IMG/VR virus record: IMGVR_UViG_3300027816_000051
Coordinates: 1-64,000 of that record
DNA length: 64,000 bases
Strand: one strand, 5' to 3'
Shown here: positions 1-5,400 of the stretch, piece after piece
How positions within the stretch are numbered: position 1 is the stretch's first letter
Layout: each line of letters begins with the position of its first letter
Made by a program: the position numbers and the translations under genes
Notes under the pieces: generated by a model
Seen by the model: the letters and a program-made list of their open reading frames with translations, nothing else
Databases searched by the model: none
Told to the model about the DNA's origin: nothing

Positions 1-57
1 TCGAACTGGCATCTTCAGATTGGAAGTCTGAAGTAATGACCGTTATACGATATTCGC
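1..57 (-). tRNA. tRNA-Gly(TCC), 3' end cut by window edge
   Basis: Minus strand GCGAATA...TCAGA CTTCCAA TCTGA...GTTCGA; acceptor 3' strand lies outside the window. Confidence 0.9.
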
Positions 58-64
58 TTAAAAG

Positions 65-125
65 GTAGACCCGGGCCCAACAAGCCGTTTTCGTACGCAA
101 CGGAAGGGCCCTTTTTAAGGTCTAC
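65..125 (-). ncRNA. Candidate structured spacer RNA (nested rod hairpin)
   Basis: GTAGACC/GGTCTAC, GGGCCC/GGGCCC and CCGTT/AACGG nested stems. Confidence 0.4.
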
Positions 126-526
126 TTACTTTGATATCTCCATTTCCTACCCTTACCTCTTCGACCAAAAAATTCTGTTAAAGAATGACAGTTAGGACAG
201 AGTAACTCAACATTTGATAAATCATGATTATGTGGGTTACCATCTATATGATTAATTTGGATTGGGACTATCCCTGTATGTTCATTCACTTTATCCCATT
301 CACAAACCATACATTTTTCACCAAATTTTTCTATCAAATATTTTTTTGTTATCTCGTGGATTGTGTCACATCTTGTATATCTTTCAAAATTATTTTCCTC
401 TAAAGATTTGAAAATATTTTTTCTTTGATATTCGAATTGACACTTATTATTACAGTAAAGATTCCTATTAGGAATTTCACAACCACAATTCAAACATTGT
501 TTTTCTTTTTTTTCTCTATTTCTCAT
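122..526 (-). CDS. HNH endonuclease (free-standing, inside tRNA array)
   Basis: CxxC pairs plus C-terminal QINHIDGNPHNHDLSNVELLCPNCHS HNH motif. Confidence 0.9.
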   Translation of the reverse strand: MRNREKKEKQCLNCGCEIPNRNLYCNNKCQFEYQRKNIFKSLEENNFERYTRCDTIHEITKKYLIEKFGEKCMVCEWDKVNEHTGIVPIQINHIDGNPHNHDLSNVELLCPNCHSLTEFFGRRGKGRKWRYQSK

Positions 527-573
527 TGGACAACCATTATGTAATAATAAATATTGGTTGTCCGATAAAAGTG

Positions 574-645
574 AGCGACAGAATGGAATTGAACCATCGT
601 CCCCACCTTGGCAAGGTGGTATAATAACCGTTATACGACTATCGC
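574..645 (-). tRNA. tRNA-Gly(GCC)
   Basis: GCGATAG/CTGTCGC acceptor; CCACC TTGCCAA GGTGG anticodon arm; GTTCAATT T-loop. Confidence 0.93.
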
Positions 646-646
646 G

Positions 647-705
647 TGGAGTGGTCTTCCCATAACGATTTCCTTAACAGGTTTTGGAGTTAAGGGTGCG
701 ACCAC
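647..705 (-). ncRNA. Candidate tRNA-like minihelix / structured spacer ending in T-CCA
   Basis: GTGGTC/GACCAC closing stem followed by TCCA; internal CCTTAAC/GTTAAGG hairpin; too short for a cloverleaf. Confidence 0.35.
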
Positions 706-714
706 ATGATGATA

Positions 715-1167
715 TTATTTTTGATTTTTTTGTTGCCACTCATATGACACCGTATTTTCGGTAATCGGACCACCTTTTGCCCATGTTTTACATGTTCTTG
801 CGGAGTGACATTTAAAGTGATGCATCCAACAGTATCCTAATCTACCACTATCATCAGAAACCGAACCTGGCATACATTCATCCATTCTTGGTGATATATC
901 AAATGCAACACAATTACCACATAGTGATTTTTTAGCGGCTTCAACAGTCGTATTCCAATCGGATGCAACCATTTCCCAATAATCACCGGGTTCATCAATA
1001 TTAAGTGGACCATATTTTATATAATCCGCTTTTATTGATTTGTCTCTATTATTAGTGTTCAACTCTAAATCTTGAGTTGCTTTAGGACACTCCATTTCGG
1101 CTTCAGATAATAATCTTTTGTTTAATCTTTCGATAAGTTGTTTTTTCTTTTTTAATTCAATTCCCAT
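715..1167 (-). CDS. Cys/His-rich hypothetical phage protein
   Basis: Start moved to MGIELKK (1167) because the ORF-track N-terminus abuts tRNA-Ile2 and a TATTTATA motif sits at 1180-1187; CGNC, CWMHHFKC and C motifs suggest metal binding. Confidence 0.8.
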   Translation of the reverse strand: MGIELKKKKQLIERLNKRLLSEAEMECPKATQDLELNTNNRDKSIKADYIKYGPLNIDEPGDYWEMVASDWNTTVEAAKKSLCGNCVAFDISPRMDECMPGSVSDDSGRLGYCWMHHFKCHSARTCKTWAKGGPITENTVSYEWQQKNQK

Positions 1168-1192
1168 GATTTTTTTATATATAAATATCTCG

Positions 1193-1266
1193 TGGTCCCT
1201 CACGGGCTTGAACCGTGGACCTACCGATTATGAGTCGGGTGCTCTAACCAACTGAGCTAAGGGACC
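1193..1266 (-). tRNA. tRNA-Ile2(CAT), lysidine type
   Basis: GGTCCCTTAGCTCAGTTGGTTAGAGCA..GACTCATAATC..GGTC closely follows the bacterial ileX-type pattern; G1-C72. Confidence 0.8.
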
Positions 1267-1268
1267 AA

Positions 1269-1345
1269 TGGTAGTGGTGACGGGATTTGAACCCATAACC
1301 TTGACGGTATAAGCGTCCTGCTCTCACCAATTGAGCTACACCACC
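1269..1345 (-). tRNA. tRNA-Ile(TAT)
   Basis: Cloverleaf with anticodon loop CTTATAC; CCA encoded. Confidence 0.88.
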
Positions 1346-1887
1346 AAATCCAACGAAAACTCTATAATCGTACTCATTAAATGTTCTTCGTCATAGATTT
1401 TTATGTTCTCAAGTTCGATGTTATAAGAACACATATCACAATCCCATAATGCAAATCTTAAACCTTTTTTGAAATCATCCATATCTCGAATGTTCAAAAC
1501 ACCCATGTGACAATAAAGAGGATTGGGTAGGTATTTCCTTTCCAACATTTTATTGTGTTGGTGGTATAAGTCCCATTTTTCTTTATTGCCACTTTCATCC
1601 TTACCATTCCATTCCCCACCATGTTGTGTTGTTACATACCATTCGGTGTCCAATCTTTCATTCTCTAATGAATCTTCTTCAGATACCTCAATGACATTAC
1701 GAGTTTGTAACATATCAGTTGATAGGGTTGGGAGATAATTGTGAACGATTTCCAAACCAACATAATGACCAAGTTGATATTCTGCGGTTAAACTATTTTT
1801 CCACTCGATTCTTTCTTGTTTGAACCTTTCCTCCATTTCAGGAGTGATTGAATCCATCATACTTTTAATAATGTTATTTCTTTCCAT
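1336..1887 (-). CDS. Hypothetical protein (last codons overlap tRNA-Ile(TAT))
   Basis: Start moved to MERNNII (1887); the upstream part of the track ORF is tRNA-Tyr sequence. Confidence 0.75.
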   Translation of the reverse strand: MERNNIIKSMMDSITPEMEERFKQERIEWKNSLTAEYQLGHYVGLEIVHNYLPTLSTDMLQTRNVIEVSEEDSLENERLDTEWYVTTQHGGEWNGKDESGNKEKWDLYHQHNKMLERKYLPNPLYCHMGVLNIRDMDDFKKGLRFALWDCDMCSYNIELENIKIYDEEHLMSTIIEFSLDLVV

Positions 1888-1901
1888 ACTATTACTTTTT
1901 G

Positions 1902-1984
1902 TTGAAAGGGAGGGATTCGAACCCCCGTACCCCGAAGAGAGCAAATTTACAGTCTGCCGGTTTTAACCACTCACCCACCTTTCA
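1902..1984 (-). tRNA. tRNA-Tyr(GTA)
   Basis: GCAGA CTGTAAA TTTGC anticodon arm; long variable arm; GTTCGAAT. Confidence 0.93.
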
Positions 1985-1990
1985 TTGTTG

Positions 1991-2071
1991 TACCGAAGAA
2001 GGGACTCGAACCCCCACGCAATTACGCGCGACATCCTAAGTGTCGTGTGTCTACCATTCCACCACTTCGGC
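1991..2071 (-). tRNA. tRNA-Leu(TAG)
   Basis: GCCGAAG acceptor; CGACA CTTAGGA TGTCG; long variable arm. Confidence 0.93.
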
Positions 2072-2076
2072 AAAGT

Positions 2077-2140
2077 GTAGGACATCGCTTAACCTACGGT
2101 GTTGCTAGCATTACACACCTTCGATGTTTCCATCAGCGAT
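2077..2140 (-). ncRNA. Candidate compact structured RNA with GAAA tetraloop and crossing pairing
   Basis: ATCGCT/AGCGAT, GATG-GAAA-CATC, GGTGT/ACACC, GTAGG/CCTAC. Confidence 0.5.
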
Positions 2141-2147
2141 TTTTTTG

Positions 2148-2219
2148 CTCCCCGACCAAGATTCGAACTTGGGACCCAACGGTTAACAGCCGTTTGCTCT
2201 ACCACTGAGCTATCAAGGA
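2148..2219 (-). tRNA. tRNA-Asn(GTT)
   Basis: AACGG CTGTTAA CCGTT anticodon arm; canonical cloverleaf. Confidence 0.95.
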
Positions 2220-2224
2220 ATTTG

Positions 2225-2298
2225 TAGGGAAAACAGGACTCGAACCTGCGACCCCCTGGTCCCAAACCAGGTGCGCTAACCAACTGCGCTACTTCCCT
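2225..2298 (-). tRNA. tRNA-Pro(TGG)
   Basis: CCTGG TTTGGGA CCAGG anticodon arm. Confidence 0.95.
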
Positions 2299-2305
2299 AT
2301 TAAAA

Positions 2306-2445
2306 AAGATAGTGATGGAGTACCCGTCTCGCTCCAATCTTAACGGCTTCTTCTGAGTTTTATCAGTGCACCGGCCGAGGGTGATGAACACTATGAACCT
2401 TACAACTACTTTGTCGACTTTCATTGTAAGAGTGACCACTATCTT
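2306..2445 (-). ncRNA. Candidate multibranch ncRNA (~140 nt)
   Basis: Perfect 9-bp closing stem AAGATAGTG/CACTATCTT enclosing CTTACAA/TTGTAAG, CGGC/GCCG, CTGA/TCAG and TGGAG/CTCCA stems. Confidence 0.55.
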
Positions 2446-2447
2446 AG

Positions 2448-2519
2448 TAGGCCCACCAAGACTCGAACTTGGAACATCTCATTAGAAGTGAGAAGTTATA
2501 TCCCTTTAACTATGGGCCC
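2448..2519 (-). tRNA. tRNA-Arg(TCT)
   Basis: TCTCA CTTCTAA TGAGA anticodon arm. Confidence 0.95.
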
Positions 2520-2522
2520 ATT

Positions 2523-2724
2523 AAAATGAAAACCTCCTTCTACGCTCACCGTAGTTGTAGATTTGATTGGACATAGTTTACTGTCCACCTGTTGACGTGC
2601 ACATCAGAGCAGGGTCCATCACAGTTCACTTTGGGTCATGTAACTCATTTGGGTAGCTAATCCCAAGAGCCAAAGTTTCTTTCAACGGTGCTAATCCGTC
2701 CTCTGTAAGGAGTTTTTCATTTTT
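2523..2724 (-). ncRNA. Candidate multibranch ncRNA (~200 nt)
   Basis: 16/17-bp terminal stem; several internal hairpins, two with ATTAGC loops. Confidence 0.6.
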
Positions 2725-2725
2725 G

Positions 2726-2810
2726 TACCGAGGATGGGAGTCGAACCCACACGAACATTACTGTCCAAGGGATTTTAAGTCCCTCATGTCTACCATTCCA
2801 TCACCTCGGC
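2726..2810 (-). tRNA. tRNA-Leu(TAA)
   Basis: AGGGA CTTAAAA TCCCT; long variable arm. Confidence 0.95.
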
Positions 2811-2821
2811 ATTTACCAATT

Positions 2822-2840
2822 CCAATATGTCAAAGAACAA
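2822..2840 (-). promoter_or_regulatory. boxA-like antitermination element
   Basis: TTGTTCTTTGACATATTGG, identical to 5482-5500; resembles rrn boxA. Confidence 0.6.
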
Positions 2841-2871
2841 ATCTAATCAAAATATAAACAACAAAATCTTA

Positions 2872-2906
2872 AAAACAAAAAACCCGAACTTTTTTTGAGT
2901 TCGGGT
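2872..2906 (-). terminator. Intrinsic terminator of tRNA leader 1 (attenuator-like)
   Basis: ACCCGAACT-loop-AGTTCGGGT followed by T-rich tract. Confidence 0.8.
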
Positions 2907-2930
2907 CTTCTTATTAGTAGGTTAAGTTCC

Positions 2931-3035
2931 TTACACTTTTAAAAACTCCGAACATGGGTCACATAAATATATACCTCTCCCATTACCACTTAGTGGGTTG
3001 TTCAAGGGTTGTTGTATGTAAACCATTTTCATCAT
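2931..3035 (-). CDS. Putative leader peptide (34 aa, MMKMVYIQQPLNNPLSGNGRGIYLCDPCSEFLKV)
   Basis: Read by hand; lies between a consensus promoter and a terminator; its 3' end contains a strand complementary to the terminator 5' arm. Confidence 0.55.
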   Translation of the reverse strand: MMKMVYIQQPLNNPLSGNGRGIYLCDPCSEFLKV

Positions 3036-3052
3036 TTTGTTTATAACTATCA

Positions 3053-3083
3053 CAAAGATACAAAAAGTTTTTTAATTTCCAAG
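3053..3083 (-). promoter_or_regulatory. Bacteroidota sigma70-type promoter
   Basis: CTTG-N19-TATCTTTG. Confidence 0.8.
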
Positions 3084-3099
3084 TTTTTTTAAAAAAAAA

Positions 3100-3342
3100 T
3101 TAAAATAAATCTTCACACCATATTGGAGTCTTTTCACCAACGTAAGAACCGGAAACATTAAATTCAAAATATTCTACCGCTTCTGTCATATCCATTCCTT
3201 GATTCATAAGTATAGTGATACACTTCTCAACAGAATAGATTAATCTCATTGAAGATGTTTCAATTCCTATTACCGCATCATCAAATCCATCAGCAATTAA
3301 GATTTGTTCATCTTCGTATTGTTCTAAAATTTTTTCTAACAT
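3100..3342 (-). CDS. Hypothetical phage protein
   Basis: Start moved to MLEKIL (3342); ADGFDDAVIG...EYFEFNV..SYVGE.TPI is a protein-like pattern; upstream part of the track ORF is tRNA-Glu. Confidence 0.8.
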   Translation of the reverse strand: MLEKILEQYEDEQILIADGFDDAVIGIETSSMRLIYSVEKCITILMNQGMDMTEAVEYFEFNVSGSYVGEKTPIWCEDLF

Positions 3343-3370
3343 ATTGGTTTTTTTTAATTTAATTTCAGTG

Positions 3371-3442
3371 TAGCCCGACGGGGAATCGAACCCCGCTTTC
3401 ATCCGTGAAAGGGACGTGTCCTAACCGATAGACGACCGGGCC
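3371..3442 (-). tRNA. tRNA-Glu(TTC)
   Basis: CGTCC CTTTCAC GGATG anticodon arm. Confidence 0.93.
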
Positions 3443-3448
3443 AATTTG

Positions 3449-3536
3449 AGGAGAGTGAGGGATTCGAACCCCCGGAACCCTCACGAGTTCTCCTGATTTC
3501 AAGTCAGGTGCAATAAACCAACTCTACCAACTCTCC
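3449..3536 (-). tRNA. tRNA-Ser(TGA)
   Basis: CCTGA CTTGAAA TCAGG; long variable arm; discriminator U. Confidence 0.93.
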
Positions 3537-3540
3537 AATT

Positions 3541-3746
3541 ACCCCACCTGAGATTACGGTGAGTAGTCATTTCGGTTTATTTTCTTTCAAACAACCTGAA
3601 GGGCGTCCCCGTTAAAAAAAGTCAACACTACTGGGAGGAGGTGTGTCGCTCTCCTTTGTTCCCATGAAGTCCCACTCGCGCCGTAGACTTTCTGCGGAAT
3701 CATTCTTAAAGTCTTGATTCGAAGACTCTGAGTATCTCTTACTCAT
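3541..3746 (-). ncRNA. Candidate structured ncRNA (~205 nt)
   Basis: GC-richer non-coding spacer with hairpins TGAGTA/TACTCA, AGTCTT/AAGACT, GGAG/CTCC, AGTAGT/ACTACT, CTCACC/GGTGGG. Confidence 0.45.
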
Positions 3747-3748
3747 TG

Positions 3749-3820
3749 CGGTCCCACCGGGAATCGAACCCGGCACTTCGCCGTGACAGGGCGATATTAT
3801 AGCCGATTAACTATGAGACC
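3749..3820 (-). tRNA. tRNA-Asp(GTC)
   Basis: TCGCC CTGTCAC GGCGA; G73. Confidence 0.95.
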
Positions 3821-3826
3821 AATCGG

Positions 3827-3900
3827 AGCCTCCTGTCGGATTCGAACCAACGACCCGCTGATTACAAATCAGCTGCTCTGGCCAACTGAGCTAAGGAGGC
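3827..3900 (-). tRNA. tRNA-Thr(TGT)
   Basis: GCTGA TTTGTAA TCAGC. Confidence 0.95.
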
Positions 3901-3906
3901 AATAGT

Positions 3907-3990
3907 GGGTCAGAGTAGTCACGGCCACCTCTGTTCCTTCTGACCCTTGTCATAACCGTGGCAAGATGTGGCTCGACCCTAATTATGACC
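3907..3990 (-). ncRNA. Candidate two-hairpin RNA with loop-loop complementarity
   Basis: GTCATAA/TTATGAC and GGGTCAGA/TCTGACCC stems; loops carry GCCAC/GTGGC and CACGG/CCGTG complements. Confidence 0.5.
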
Positions 3991-3995
3991 ATTTG

Positions 3996-4067
3996 TTGCG
4001 GGGGTCGGATTCGAACCGACGACCTTTAGGTTATGAGCCTAACGAGCTACCACTGCTCTACCCCACG
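3996..4067 (-). tRNA. Initiator tRNA-fMet(CAT)
   Basis: C1:A72 mismatch (CGTGGGG/CCCCGCA); TTAGG CTCATAA CCTAA. Confidence 0.88.
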
Positions 4068-4068
4068 A

Positions 4069-4085
4069 TATATTTCAAAGAACAA
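4069..4085 (-). promoter_or_regulatory. boxA-like element (variant)
   Basis: TTGTTCTTTGAAATATA immediately 5' of tRNA-fMet. Confidence 0.5.
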
Positions 4086-4123
4086 ATAAAATATAAGAAG
4101 TAAATTCCATATTTCAAAATGTT

Positions 4124-4201
4124 TGGTTGCGGGACCCGGACTCGAACCGGGAACTTCAGCTTATGAGACTGACGAGATGACCACTTTCTACGCATCCCGC
4201 A
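4124..4201 (-). tRNA. Atypical tRNA(CAT), fMet-like with irregular D-arm
   Basis: TGCGGGA/TCCCGCA acceptor, TCAGT CTCATAA GCTGA, CCA encoded; about 3 extra nt before the D-stem. Confidence 0.7.
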
Positions 4202-4206
4202 ATGTT

Positions 4207-4283
4207 TGGTTGGAATAATAGGAATCGAACCTATAACCTTTCGCGTATCAGACGAATGCTCTAACCAATTGAGCTATATTCCA
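4207..4283 (-). tRNA. tRNA-Ile(GAT)
   Basis: TTCGT CTGATAC GCGAA; CCA encoded. Confidence 0.95.
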
Positions 4284-4286
4284 ATT

Positions 4287-4364
4287 TGGGGTAAATAATC
4301 GGATTCGAACCGACGACCTTCTGGACCACAATCAGACGTTCTAACCAACTGAACTATATCTACC
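4287..4364 (-). tRNA. tRNA-His(GTG)
   Basis: Loop TTGTGGT; encoded G-1 opposite C73; CCA encoded. Confidence 0.93.
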
Positions 4365-4372
4365 ATTTATAA

Positions 4373-4423
4373 ATTATAAGGTTCAAACCTTATAATGAAC
4401 CATTATAAGTCTCACACCTTATA
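4373..4423. repeat. Chain of overlapping short inverted repeats around TTATAA
   Basis: ATTATAAGGTTCAAACCTTATAATGAACCATTATAAGTCTCACACCTTATA. Confidence 0.6.
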
Positions 4424-4426
4424 TTG

Positions 4427-4500
4427 AGGTCCCGAGTGGATTCGAACCACCGAATAAGAGTTTTGCAGACTCCCCCCTTAAGCCACTTGGGTACAGGACC
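4427..4500 (-). tRNA. tRNA-Cys(GCA)
   Basis: GGAGT CTGCAAA ACTCT; U73. Confidence 0.93.
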
Positions 4501-4501
4501 G

Positions 4502-4576
4502 TGGTGATTCCTAAAGGACTCGAACCCTTACTTCAACGTCCGTAGCGTTGCGTGCTATCCATTACACCAAAGAACC
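4502..4576 (-). tRNA. tRNA-Arg(ACG)
   Basis: CAACG CTACGGA CGTTG; CCA encoded. Confidence 0.93.
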
Positions 4577-4577
4577 A

Positions 4578-5006
4578 TTACTTAATTCGTTCATCCCATT
4601 CTTCTTGGGTCCCCAATCTAATTGGAACGAACAATGCAAATCCATCATCATCTTCAAAATGGTTACAATCATCCTCTCTCCAACCAAACTTATATCTCAT
4701 GTGTATAAATTTGTTTGTCTCTTGATTCCATCTTGCGATTGTGGTATTTCTATGTTCACCAATATAAATTTGACCATTTACTAAATCTTTTTTAGGAATC
4801 GCACCTGCGTCAATTAGTTTCGGAACATAGAACTCTCTCCATTCTTTTTCATCCACTCTTGGAAGAGTTGGGACATCTTCGGGATTATTAATCTTTGGTA
4901 AATTCTCCCAATGATTCCTAATCATTCTTTCCCTCTCTTCTTTTAGTTTCATTTTCTCCGCTTCAAATTTCATTTTGACGGCGTTGATGTTATCATTTCT
5001 TTCCAT
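4578..5006 (-). CDS. Hypothetical protein
   Basis: Start moved to MERNDNI (5006); upstream part of the track ORF is tRNA-Trp/Val sequence. Confidence 0.8.
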   Translation of the reverse strand: MERNDNINAVKMKFEAEKMKLKEERERMIRNHWENLPKINNPEDVPTLPRVDEKEWREFYVPKLIDAGAIPKKDLVNGQIYIGEHRNTTIARWNQETNKFIHMRYKFGWREDDCNHFEDDDGFALFVPIRLGTQEEWDERIK

Positions 5007-5028
5007 GTCGTTTATTTTTAAAAGTTTG

Positions 5029-5099
5029 CACAGGTGGAGAGATTCGAACTCCCAACAACGGTTTTGGAGACCGGTATGATACCCTTTCACTACACCTGT
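5029..5099 (-). tRNA. tRNA-Trp(CCA)
   Basis: CGGT CTCCAAA ACCG anticodon arm. Confidence 0.93.
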
Positions 5100-5107
5100 G
5101 TATTGTG

Positions 5108-5180
5108 TAGTCCCTGTCGGATTCGAACCGACGACCCTCTGCATGTAAGGCAGACGCTCTCCCAACTGAGCTAAGGAACT
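5108..5180 (-). tRNA. tRNA-Val(TAC)
   Basis: TCTGC CTTACAT GCAGA. Confidence 0.95.
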
Positions 5181-5190
5181 ATGAAAGGAA

Positions 5191-5313
5191 AGAGGAAGAT
5201 GGTTCAGTGGACATCCTCTTTTACGATTGGCGTTACTTCAGGTGAATATCTGCAAACTCCGAATACATCATCCAATATTCACTCTCGAGATATTGATGTA
5301 TCATTCCCCAATC
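5191..5313 (-). ncRNA. Candidate pseudoknot/switch RNA
   Basis: GATTGG/CCAATC closing stem; crossing TACATCA/TGATGTA and GTGAATAT/ATATTCAC stems; trailing GAGGA/TCCTC hairpin. Confidence 0.5.
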
Positions 5314-5321
5314 AACCTTTG

Positions 5322-5395
5322 TGTCCCCGATGCGACTCGAACGCATAACCCCCACATTAAAAGTGTGGTGCTCTAACCAATTGAGCTACGAAGAC
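5322..5395 (-). tRNA. tRNA-Lys(TTT)
   Basis: CCACA CTTTTAA TGTGG. Confidence 0.95.
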
Positions 5396-5400
5396 AAATG

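Noticed and set aside
2089-2439. 116-aa ORF in the track
   Set aside because: Runs through tRNA-Pro, tRNA-Asn and structured spacers; translation is tRNA sequence
2306-3746. tmRNA or RNase P RNA among the long spacers
   Set aside because: No tRNA-Ala-like ends with a tag ORF; only an isolated GAAAGTC, without the rest of the RNase P consensus
4548-4784. 78-aa plus-strand ORF
   Set aside because: Antisense shadow of the minus-strand gene and tRNA-Arg
2077-5313. Known self-cleaving ribozymes (hammerhead, twister, pistol, HDV/theta) in tRNA spacers
   Set aside because: Hand mapping found no CUGANGA+GAAA core, no twister GAG/UAA-P4 set and no HDV P3/P1.1 arrangement; an Infernal search is still needed
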